From Epiperipatus broadwayi (taxonomy: Eukaryota > Animalia > Onychophora): 64,000 nt of DNA. Position numbers and translations under genes: made by a program. The notes below the pieces were generated by a model, which saw only the letters and a program-made list of their open reading frames with translations, ran no database searches and was not told the DNA's origin. Where the stretch lies: positions 15,996,001 through 16,060,000 of the forward strand of contig JAQFVV010000009.1 of NCBI GenBank assembly GCA_028023455.1. The letters run 5' to 3'. Shown here piece after piece: positions 27,142-37,918 of the stretch; position 1 is the first letter of the stretch, and each line of letters opens with the position of its first letter.

Positions 27142-28257
27142 ATGAATAACACTAAAGAGAAATTCATTCTACGGTTAGGAATATCTATTAGATTATTCCA
27201 GCAGAGACTTGAGTTTTTATCAAAATGCAGAGATTGCTTTATTGTTCCAAATTGTTGCAATCTAAAACTTGATAAATCAATACATAATCGTGACAAAGTT
27301 ACTAAACAACTACAAATGCAGCTCCTCAGCTTTATTATTAAAGGGTGCAAATGCGCATTGAAGAAAGAAAATAAAAGATGGAGAAGGATTACTGCAGGTG
27401 AAATCTTGCCTCCATGGATAATGAGAAAACTTGATATCTCTGAAAGAAAGTTTGCTTGTAAGTTCGAGCGCAAAATAAGTTTCTTGGCGAAAAAACAAAA
27501 TATTAATATTCATACAGCGAAAGAGAACTACGTCAATAGAGCTACTGTTACTCCTCCATCGGAAATAAAAACAGTTTTCTCATTGGGTCCTAAATTTGTT
27601 GGAGGGCAATGGAAACTCCCAAAACTGGAGTTAATTGCAGACACAGAATCAAGTCTGTTAAACAATCCTCAGAGAGACAACATTATTTCCGATATTGTTA
27701 AATCTATACGACATAAACAAATGTATGTGAGATCTGACAGCTGGGATAACAACATTAAAAAAACTAAACACTTCTTAAAAAACAACAACATTATATATAT
27801 AAAAGAAGATAAAGGCAACAGATTTGTGCTCTTAGATTATAAAGAAAAAATGACGACTGAAATCGTAAAGTTAAAATTTAATTTGGTAGAAAATTTTAAC
27901 AACAAGCTTAATAGAGAGAAATTTATCTCCTCAATTCTCAGAGCATACAAAGACAAAGGTATATTGAGAGCAGAATATTATAGAATTTATCGATCTGCCA
28001 CCAGGCCAGCAAGAATGTTTGCCAATTCTAAGTTACATAAACGTGGAGAGCCTTTAAGACTAATGCTAGATTTTGGAGGAGTGCATTACTTTGAAATGGC
28101 TAAGCTGGTAAATCAATGGTTGGTTGATAGCGGAGGTTTTGGAGACTTCACAATTAAGTCTTCCTTCGAGTTCATTAGAAAAATCAAGAATACATTAATA
28201 GATCAAGATTTTGAAATTTGCAGCCATGGACGTGACAGAATTATACGGATCGATTAA
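27142..28257 (+). CDS. PLE ORF part 1: N-terminal domain and RT fingers
   Basis: 371-aa track ORF with FLSKC...IVP, LGPKF, IKEDKGNRFVLLD (the PLE ADKG motif) and KLHK.GEPLR. Confidence 0.88.
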   Translation: MNNTKEKFILRLGISIRLFQQRLEFLSKCRDCFIVPNCCNLKLDKSIHNRDKVTKQLQMQLLSFIIKGCKCALKKENKRWRRITAGEILPPWIMRKLDISERKFACKFERKISFLAKKQNINIHTAKENYVNRATVTPPSEIKTVFSLGPKFVGGQWKLPKLELIADTESSLLNNPQRDNIISDIVKSIRHKQMYVRSDSWDNNIKKTKHFLKNNNIIYIKEDKGNRFVLLDYKEKMTTEIVKLKFNLVENFNNKLNREKFISSILRAYKDKGILRAEYYRIYRSATRPARMFANSKLHKRGEPLRLMLDFGGVHYFEMAKLVNQWLVDSGGFGDFTIKSSFEFIRKIKNTLIDQDFEICSHGRDRIIRID

Positions 28258-29362
28258 CAGGAAGTGGTCGATTGACATCATTCATAAAGAATTAATAAAT
28301 AAGCATTGTCCAAATGTGCACATGAACTTTATATTAGCTTTTTTTAATTGGTTAGACAATAACATTTTTACAACTTTTGAGGGTGGATGGTATGATATGA
28401 GAGATGGTTGGCCAATGGGTCTTCCCTTAAGTGGAGTAATTTCCAGCATATTTTTGAACTTTTTTGAAAAACAAATCATTTCTAAATACATCTCTAACAC
28501 TGCTGGATTAATTTACGTGCGTTATGTAGATGATGTGTTTATGGCAGCTCCAAAAGATGTAATCACCAATAATAAAAATGAATTACAACTGCAAACTAAA
28601 TTGATTATAAACACCACTTGGGAAAACGAATGGCAGAAGCTAAAATATTTGGATTTGCTGGTCCATAGAGAAGGCAGAGCTCTGCATTATTGCATGATTG
28701 TTAAGCCTCTTGAGGTCAGAGGTTTTACCCACCCGAAATCCATTTCACCTACAGCACATAAATTCGCAGGTTTAAACGCGTTTTTATTTAGGAATCAAAA
28801 TTTGTGTAAATTTGAGGCTGATAGGAAGACTAATATTGCATGCTATATAAAAGATTTGTTAAGTGTCGGATTCAGCTACAGATTAATTACAAAGAAAATA
28901 GATCAATTTTACAGAAAATCAATAACTAACCACATAAGTAAAGATAAACCACAAATTACCCTCCCTTATATTCCCAAATTATCACAACAGATGATAAAGA
29001 CTTTGGCTGGTGAATTTAAGGTTGGCTTCCGCACTCCCCCTAATACTAACAGACTTATTAATAATTCGAAGGATAGAACAGATCCATCTCAGACACCCCA
29101 GGTCGTATACAGTATTTCATGCCCTCAGGCTGGATGCAGTGCCACATACTATGGGGAAACCAAGGCCACTGTTCATAATAGAGCTGCTCAACACATTTAT
29201 ACTTACAGAAGAGCAAAAAAGAACAATGATAACTTCTCAATATTCTTCGAACATGAGAAGCAGGCTGGCCATGTGTTTGAACCCGGCAACCCCAAGATAG
29301 TATGCTCTGAAGCCAATGACTGCAAAAAAAAAAATCAAGGAGGCGTATTTTGTTATCAGTGA
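28211..29362 (+). CDS. PLE ORF part 2: RT palm and thumb, and GIY-YIG endonuclease (true C-terminus probably 29423)
   Basis: 383-aa track ORF with YVRYVDD, YLDL, VY...YYGET and CCHH residues. Confidence 0.9.
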   Translation: MKFAAMDVTELYGSINRKWSIDIIHKELINKHCPNVHMNFILAFFNWLDNNIFTTFEGGWYDMRDGWPMGLPLSGVISSIFLNFFEKQIISKYISNTAGLIYVRYVDDVFMAAPKDVITNNKNELQLQTKLIINTTWENEWQKLKYLDLLVHREGRALHYCMIVKPLEVRGFTHPKSISPTAHKFAGLNAFLFRNQNLCKFEADRKTNIACYIKDLLSVGFSYRLITKKIDQFYRKSITNHISKDKPQITLPYIPKLSQQMIKTLAGEFKVGFRTPPNTNRLINNSKDRTDPSQTPQVVYSISCPQAGCSATYYGETKATVHNRAAQHIYTYRRAKKNNDNFSIFFEHEKQAGHVFEPGNPKIVCSEANDCKKKNQGGVFCYQ

Positions 29363-29489
29363 TAACAATTCCATCAATAGACGCGATACGTGTTTTTCTA
29401 TCTCAAAAAAATGGACTAACTAATTTGCATTCACATTTGCATATTTTATTGGTTAGCAACATTACATAAATGATTTATAACTTAATGTT

Positions 29490-29528
29490 GGCCATGAATA
29501 TGAGGGAAAACCTCGAAAGTGCTCGGCC
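29490..29528 (+). ncRNA. Minimal type-I hammerhead ribozyme, A3-U8 core variant
   Basis: GGCC / ATGAATA / T / GAGG-GAAAA-CCTC / GAAA / GTGC / TC / GGCC, giving stem I of 4 GC pairs, stem II of 4 bp, a short stem III and a CUC cleavage triplet. Lies 67 nt after the PLE stop. Confidence 0.72.
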
Positions 29529-30617
29529 CATTTAATTGTTTTGGTTTTTGCAGCTTCTTCGTCAGCGGGGAAATCGCTTTTATATGTTAATGTAGCTATA
29601 TAAAAAATAAAAATATAGTTTAAAAAAAAAATGAAATTATAATTTCGGAATTAAAATATAAATATATTCTAAATATTAATACATAGAAGTAGATACCATA
29701 ATTTTATTATGTCGCAATTTCAATTAAACCTATCTAACATTATTTCTATAAAAATCCTCTCTACCTCTCCATATTTGTGGTACATTTTCTTGAACAATGG
29801 AGATAGTCTGTATTTAAAACAAATGATTGATTACTGTAATAATGCAAACATCATATATTTAAAAAAAATTGAACATACCAAAAATACCACACAATGCAAA
29901 TGTTTTGATATATTTTTAATTTTTTTTTTCCTATTTTAGTTTTTATTATCTAAAACATAAACATAAAGAAGTAGGGGATCATCGTGAGACCACTTCAAAA
30001 GAGATAATAAAAAAGGCATTCATTTTCACAAAACTTGTGCTCGAATAGAAACAACTATACATCTACTATCATGAAAAAAACCACTTTCAGTCGTTAAACT
30101 CTCAATTGACAGAGATATAGATTTCATTTATTACACAATAATTTTGATAAAGAAAAAATTGAACTGATGCCAGTATTTGCTGCATAAAACAGATTCCTGA
30201 TTCCAGTTAAAGAAAATACTCAAAATAATTTTATTAGCAAAAAAAATATCATGAATAAAGTGTTTTAAAATCACAAAGAAGCTTATTTGCTTGATATTCT
30301 TTATTAAGATATAAATATTCAATATTCCATTATCCTAATGCAACATAATGACAAACTTTTCTTTATACTGGTTTGCACAAAACAGTCATACTTTATACCA
30401 AATAATTTTGAAACAGTGGAGATCTTTAACAATCAAACAAATTACTAAATTTGTTAGAAGACATGGAAAAATAATTTTTGGATTAAAGTTTTGTTTTGTT
30501 TATGTTTACAAATGTATTACTGGATAAGCTCATGTTACCTTTCTTTATAAAATACTCTCATAATTATTCATTAAAAACTATAACTTCATAGAGTTAAAAT
30601 AAGTTCAATAGACATAC

Positions 30618-31227
30618 CTTTTCTGAGATTTCACTTTTACTGCTACCACCTTTTTCCAATTTAGCTTTAATCCAATCAATTACCAGATTATTATCTTCTG
30701 ATTCTGGTAATGAAACTAATAATTTCCAATACACAACTGATGAAAATTTATTTACTTTAGCTGTACTTAGTGTTTTTCCCACTAATGATGCTAGATTCAA
30801 TGGCTGCCACATTTCTGTATGCCTTTTCTGATAATTTTTTACTTGTGCCTTAATATCATCCTGTAAGACCAAGGATGAGAAAGGAAGTACAGATGGTAAA
30901 TCCCAATTTTTCTGAACTGGAAATTGTTCTGTAAGATTTTTCAAGCTAGTAAAGCCAGGGCAGCTTGGAAATGCAAGCATGGAATTCCAAAGTCGCAACT
31001 GTTTCATATAAACTTTTCTCCAGTGTGTAAGCGCCCTCTGGCCCCACTGTTTTTTAACCTGAACAATTTTTTCTTCCAGCATCTTTTCTTTTAAAACAAC
31101 ATTAGTGAAATGCATTTCCTGAGCAAGTTTTTTAACTTCTTCTTGAAAAATGCAGTCTAAATATTCATTAGCTAAGGCAGCTGTGGCATTATCTTGAGTT
31201 TGCTTAAATAATTCTTCATTCACTAAT
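30618..31227 (-). CDS. MCM3AP: GANP/MCM3AP-like internal exon E (LVNEELFKQ...HWRKVYMKQLRLWNSMLAFPSCPG...WQPLNLASLV...VYWKLLVSLP...DWIKAKL...ISEK), phase 2 to 0
   Basis: Lies inside track ORF 30594..31277; TTTGTTTTAG|A acceptor and AAG|GTATGT donor. The motifs W...MLAFPSCP, W.PLNL.SLV, YWKLLVSLP and WIKAKL match the GANP C-terminal (MCM3AP) domain as recalled (MRAFPAAP, WASLDLPSLV, FWKLVLVLP, WLKVKF). Confidence 0.88.
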
Positions 31228-31559
31228 CTAAAACAAATAATAAACATTATTAAAAATATAATAACAACAAATGTCATGCACTATATGTTTAGCTGAAACA
31301 AGTTTATATAATTAAACCATATTATTTATTATTAACATTTTTATTATAAAAAAAATGTTTGATGATGTGGAGTTTAATAATATAGAGATAAAGACTATAA
31401 TAATTTACAATTAATGTATAAATTGGGTAAAATTCAGATTTATAATGTTAGTTTGTGCCTTGTAAATAATATAAAACAGTCCTGATAGCTATCTCCCACT
31501 TCGATTTAGATTCTTAAGTTCTTTTCTTTGACTTTTTATAATAATTGGTCATTTATATA

Positions 31560-32250
31560 TTTCCAAAAAGCACTGACTTCAAATATGCAGTCTTTTGCAA
31601 CTAGTGGTTATCAGATGATAATACTAAAGATCTCATGAAGTATGAACTAGATTTTCAGCTAGCAACAAGATCACACCATTTTAACACTATTCTGAATAAT
31701 ATTGATGACCATTATAGCTAGGAATGGGCCAATTGAAGCTTAGCAAAATTCCAATAAAGGCCAATATTATTACCAAATGCAATATATTGTGGATAAAGAT
31801 TATAGAAAATATGTAATCATCATTTGAAATATCACTTTCTATATAGGATTATTAAATCAATAATCAACTCTGATCAAAACTTCTGGTTTGAAAGATATGA
31901 CATACGTAAAACATCTTATCAAGCTTTCCATAATGACTGCACTTAATTCTAGTATATTGTTTGCAATATACCCTATTCACCCAAAATGAAGAAGCATTTG
32001 AAGGGTCAGTTGTCTTTAACAAATAATCAATGAGAATATGTCCATATATGTATCTACAGTATATGATCATCAACTGTATTGCCAGCAAACAAACTACAAG
32101 TCAAACTTTCATGAATTGGAATATATGACCACAAATATATTAAAAAAAACATGAAATTTTAAATTTCTATATCACCACTTAACATTGACCATTAATTAGA
32201 AAAAACTCCATTAATATTAAAAAATACTTAATATTTTCTGGGTAATTAGT
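31560..32250 (-). mobile_element. Possible decayed PLE RT remnant
   Basis: YCRYIYGHILI...QYTRIKCSH in ORF 31864..32088 resembles RYIDDIF...IKFT. Confidence 0.35.
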
Positions 32251-35200
32251 AATCTTGATTTTTTCCATTATGGTTTATTACAGAATTCTGATTACAAAAA
32301 TGACAGCTTTAGTATGGTGAATGGTGATTAAAACCCTCTATTTGTGGCAGACCAGAAAATATAAGATGTTGACTTCAAACTAACTGGCATTCTACATTAG
32401 AATGAAATGAATACTGCTAATATTATATTACTGCTGAAAAAAAAATTAAAATAAGATTTAGAAAGAAAATTTTTTATAATCATCATAAAATCTATAATTT
32501 TTTTTCTCTAAGTATAATAAATATTAATCTAAGAATCTTGAACATTCTTGCTATATGAAAACTGAAAATAATCGAATGATTTAAAAAAATTACTACTTTT
32601 AATAATTTTTTCATTTCTGCTTTATAACAACATAAATATCAGCATTTGAGAAATAATTTACACTTTTAATTGGCTCAAAAGCCATCTACTATTGAAACAG
32701 TAAGGTCTGCTTTGCAGATCTTCGTTTCACCTTTTCTCATCTATTTCCTACCCTCATACCTTAGTTTGAACCCCAATCTATCGTAGTGTGTCTGCAATAC
32801 GCTTATATACCGAAAATCCCGCCTAATTTTAAACCACGAGTACAATGCTCGTATTATATATATATAACTCATTCCCAAATAAATAAAAGATTATAGATTA
32901 TGTATATGTTCACATAATTTTGATTTATTAAAAGTAGGTTATATAAGTCGTAATTGTACACACACTATGATATGCATTTTAAAACATATCAAAATTATAT
33001 ATTGTTAAAGTTATTTTGTTTGAATCTATTTACAAATATATTACCGTCGTAATATATTTTGATTTAAAATAAAATTCATTTAGTAAATAGATTCAAATAT
33101 TGCAATTTAAAAGTAAAGTAATTTTCGTTTAATTTAATAAAAGTCATTCCAAATATTTCTGTTAAAATAAATGAGGGACAATAGTTTAATTAGTTAATGT
33201 TATATAAGTTTATCTAAAAACAGCAGATGTCCACTTAAGGTTTTCTTTAATTAGTAAAAGGAATTTTTAATTGAATCTAGTTTATAATTCGAATGTTGAC
33301 AGGGAAATTAACAAAAGAAATTAATTAATGTTGAATTCCTTTAGACATTCAGATAGAATTAATTACAGCTGATAAGTCCGATATATTTTTGTAATGCTCC
33401 AGGGCAGTTCTATTGTTAATTTCTAATATAAAAAGGAGGGTTTTCTTTTGTTCTCCATTCTTCTAATGTTTCTAAGAGAAATCATTCTGAGGTCTAATGT
33501 TTCTAACCAAAATTATTCTAATAATTTGCTAACTTTGACATGACAGAGTAGAGGCGTCAAGATGGCTATGTCCCCTCGGAATAGCCGGCCGCTGCTCCAG
33601 ACTATCGGAAGCTATCACATAAGGAACCCCGGAACTGCTGCTGCTGCAAAAATATGAACATTCCAGATTTTGCTGCTGAATTATAAAACCTGCCGAACAT
33701 CTACCTGAAAATGCTTCTCCAGAGGTAACCCTAAATTAACTAACATGCTATAGCTATTTTAAATTGTTTTCTGATATTTCACATAACTTCATTATGTATT
33801 TCTTTAACGTGTTTAAATATACTCAACATTTTGCTCTCTATCCTTGGGTTAATATTTTCTATTTATTAAGCTTTCTGTTACTTTATTATGATAATGTGTC
33901 AGAATCGTCTTTGACCGAGTGAATTATTCCTTTTATTGAAAATAAGACGCCGCTATGAAGGCATATTTTAAATTTCTAAATAATTTCCAATTTTATTATC
34001 TTGCAAATCACTCGTTCGAGGGCGATTCTTTTCTTTAATATATAATATAATCACATAGTTTAAAATATACATGTTATTGATTTTAATCTAATATGAGAGT
34101 ATGTGCGAAGTCAATGATTAAATGTGTCCCTTAATGCATGATTGCGTATATAAATCTATACTTACTTTTCAAACCCGCAAGCATGCATTTTCCTATTTTA
34201 ATTACCGTGTTCTACTTTAATTACAAAGTTCATCATTGACGTCGAGAATGTGCGGACCCTTTTAAATGAATTTCGGGGAATTTGATTGGGCATTTCTCTT
34301 AATCCAAGTAAAACCCATTCAGTATGTTTTATATACACTAGTCTCGTGTTGCTGGTAAGTGAATTGGTTGTTGAGACCGCTTTGTTTTACTTTTCCAAGG
34401 ATTCTTTACACGGCCAAGTCCGTTCTCTTCGCTTATTGCATTTTCCAGGCAGAGTGTGTCCACAAATGACACACCTGGGAATTAAACGCAATCGTCACTC
34501 AATCTCTAAGTTTCGACTGTTCATAAAAATACTTTCCTACGGGTTAGCAGCGAGATGCCCTCCGTAATCATTCTGGATCTTCAATATTGTTTTATTTTAT
34601 ATTTATTTTTACAAAGCATCCGTGACTTAAACGTGTCACATCCTCCAACTTTAATAAATTCATTATCAGCAATACTGACCTCCCAATGTAACTTTATTAT
34701 TATTATCGAATAAATGCTTTGATCACATTCCCATTTTGTTGCTTAGTAAGTTTTTGTCCGTGCTATTCTCGAAATCAATAAATATTTTAGAACACTTAAT
34801 TTTCAAATATTTTCTTAGACTTGTATAATTGCTCAAAGCACCTAGCACATGTTCCTATCTCATCAAGCACATTATCGTAATGCTATTAACCCGAGGAATA
34901 GAATATATCACTTTACTTTAAAACATTTTGTCATTTATTGGAATATAATGCCAACAATTATTTAATACGTGTCCCTGTCTCACATAAGCAGACAGTGGCG
35001 TTATATATATAATTTATATAAATAAATTGTGTGAAATTATTTAAAACTAAATTTGATATCTTATTTTATTGATCCCTATCACTGTCTCGGTCTATATATA
35101 TATATTTTCCGCATTTCTTTTGTAAATCCATAGACGTTAATTAGCCATCCAAACTTCTTTTAGTATAGAGTCTTTTGTTTCTCCCTGACACCAGACACCG

Positions 35201-36259
35201 GTCAAAGGTTATACTAGTAGTGGCATCAGATGCGTTGTCACATGGATGGCGCTGTGAAATTTGGACTTTAGATTCGAACTTAATATATCTAGAAGGCAAC
35301 CCCTCCTAGAATGTTCAGTTTTGTGTCTGGGGTTTGAATTCTGCAGTGTGTTAGCGAGATAGACGATTCTGACTGTTACACTATAAACTTGAATAATTAA
35401 TGGTCTAGAAAAAAATAGTGAATTAACAGTTGTAATGCAGATGTTAATAGTAACTATAGAATATCATATGATGAGTTGTTTAAAGCCATATAGAAGAATG
35501 ATTATTAAAAAATACTTGTTAATAACATGGGTATTAATTAAGGTCCTGGCTGGCTATCAGAATTTTCAGCATGTTAATTGTACACATTTCATGGATTTTG
35601 TAATCATTAAATTTTAGAAAATATAACTGATATCTAAAATTTATTGTGAGGATTTCCAACTCACATGAGTTTTAGACTTTTCCAAAGTCAGTTGTTATAT
35701 ATGGTAGTTCCCTTTTAATGTTTTCTGAAAGAAAAAATAATGTACAGAGTATATAAATGTAATGATGAATAAAGCAATAATATGAGAGGCTAGAGAAAAT
35801 AAATCATGTCAGTGGTTTAAGTAATAGTCAATATTTGAATTAAGACAATTTTTTTTTTTTACTTTGACAAAAAAATAGCAAATTTTTATAACACTGACAA
35901 ATGTCTGCCATTTTCAAGAAATTCACAAGTTGAAAAATACAATTTCTTAATAGCTTTTTAAATTATCATAACTTACTTATAAGCAAAAACTTAATTTATG
36001 TAATAAGTAAATATAATTCATAGTTTTGACCTCATTTTGCTTCTAACATTAAATAACCCAAATTTTATATTTCTTAGAAGAAAATAAAAATTTAATTGTT
36101 GGTAGATTACAATACACTTTCAAACATAATAAACTTAACTGATAATATTGACTATTGAGATAAAAAACATAATAACTGTTTCAAACCCCCCCTCCCCCAC
36201 CCCCAATTTTGTTTAAAATAAAAGTTTAATTTTTTTTTTGTCTATTTTAAATAAAAAAT

Positions 36260-36569
36260 ATAGATTGCAGCAGCATAAAAAATTTCATCATTATAGTTCT
36301 ATGATAAAGCATTAGTCTTCTGAACCAAGGACAGCAGGTTTAAATCTTATTGGGGAAGGGAAAGGGATTTTTTGAAAAGCCTCTTAGATTAGTTGTTAAT
36401 ATATTTAACTTCAATAGATTGCAGCAGCATAAAAAATTTCATCATTATAGTTCTATGATAAAGCATTAGTCTTCTGAACCAAGGACAGCAGGTTTAAATC
36501 TTATTGGGGAAGGGAAAGGGATTTTTTGAAAAGCCTCTTAGATTAGTTGTTAATATATTTAACTTCAAT
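36260..36569. repeat. Exact tandem duplication, 154-bp unit x2, containing a tRNA-like SINE head
   Basis: ATAGATTGCAG starts at 36260 and again at 36414, with identical units. Decayed A/B-box-like TAGTTCTATGATAAAGCA...GCAGGTTTAAATC. Confidence 0.92.
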
Positions 36570-37750
36570 CTCCACAATCTGAGGTTCAAATTCCAATAGA
36601 GCTTAGTGAATCTTTTTATTTATTTTGGAATTTCTTAAACAAATGTTTTTTTTTTTTTTTTGTAGAAAATGGTCTAAGGCCAACCCATCCAGTATTAACA
36701 AATCAAAATCTAACTATTTTCAGTTGAAAAGTTAAAAAAAATCCTAAATAATCTGGGTCAGTCAGTAGGCTGACTGATAATAGTGAAAAGAGTTTTATAT
36801 GTCTACAGAACAAAGCTTACAATTTACCTTTAGCTGTGTTGACTCATCACTTCTTAGCAATTCATATTTTATATAGATTAATATCAAAAATAAAAAGTTA
36901 TGTTAGATATGTTAATATGACATATTTCTCAAAAATACTTTCTGTTTTATTTGGACATTATCACTGCTGCTTCTGCTAATTATAATCTTTCTGCCTGTTT
37001 ACCATCAACTTTTCCAAGAGTTATAAACTTTAACAATGAAATAAATAATATTTACCTAGTCCAAAATAAAACAATCAAGTCACTTGTTAAGTCTGATTTT
37101 ATCAAAGACTTTTTGATTTTCCAATCTTTCCAATTGACTTTTTAATCTTTACTAATATCTCAATTCAAAGGCATATTATTTTTTTGCTTTTTCGGTTAGT
37201 GCAGTAACAAACTCAATCAAGATCTAAAGGTTCCTTCCAAAATGCAAAAAGTACAGACAAGAATCTTAATTTGCTCAACAAGAAAGAATTTTGGTAACTC
37301 AACCATTTTTGATGTTCAAACTCATAATTTCCCAAACAACTATTTAATTATTTTAACATTTTCCTATATTATTTCTTCAAAGTCCAATTTTCACATTTAC
37401 AATAATATAAAAACAATTCTAATTTTTAATTCTTAGATATAAGTATCACTTGCAGATCTTTTATAATTCTTTTATTGCAGATGTACAAAAAGACAAATAC
37501 TAGCTACAAATACCTATCTTTAAATAGGTGTTAGTTAAAAGACAATTCTTTTTAATTATAAAAGCCTTCTAAGGAAAACAAAATGAACTAGTAAGTATAA
37601 AAGTCTTATTGTAATAAAAATTTGAAACAGAACCAAGAAATATACATATATTTAAAAAAAAATTTAAAATAAAAATTAACATTTTTTAGATGTCTCCAAA
37701 TGTTATATAATTATGAAATGACGGCAGATGAAAAAAAACTTAAAAATTAC

Positions 37751-37918
37751 CTCATTTGCTCCTCTGCAATCTTCTTACATTCTTTCACAACATACTTTTC
37801 CAAAATATCATCAAGAAAGGAGTTAATCACCAATTCCCTGGTTTTCATCAGTTCTTCAACTGCCTTTTGTTTTTGGAATTTTAAATGCTCATCACTTAGA
37901 ATATTTTTACTTAATTCT
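37751..37918 (-). CDS. MCM3AP: GANP/MCM3AP-like internal exon D (ELSKNILSDEHLKFQKQKAVEELMKTRELVINSFLDDILEKYVVKECKKIAEEQM), phase 2 to 2
   Basis: TTTTTCCCCCCTACATTAG|A acceptor and ATGAG|GTAATT donor; 168 nt, open and helical; phases fit both neighbours. Confidence 0.78.

Larger units (their letters stand above)
27142..29590 (+). mobile_element. Near-intact Penelope-like retroelement (RT plus C-terminal GIY-YIG) with a 3' UTR hammerhead
   Basis: ORFs 27142..28257 and 28211..29362 join by removing one T near 28210. Removing one A from the A11 run near 29330 extends the ORF to KIKEAYFV...SINRRD...W* (stop 29421-29423). Motifs: KLHK..PLR, AMDVTELY, PMGLPLS, RYVDD, VYSISC.x4.C..YYGET...R..QH...H.x5.H. 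Confidence 0.93.

Noticed and set aside
28205-28257. Programmed ribosomal frameshift between the two PLE ORFs
   Set aside because: PLEs have a single ORF. The shift splits RT just before motif A inside a T run, and a second shift lies in an A11 run, so indel or sequencing error is simpler.
29545-29572. Antisense CTGACGA core (minus strand CCCCG-CTGACGA-AG...) just after the PLE hammerhead
   Set aside because: There is no downstream GAAA, stem II or stem I partner, so it is not a foldable hammerhead.
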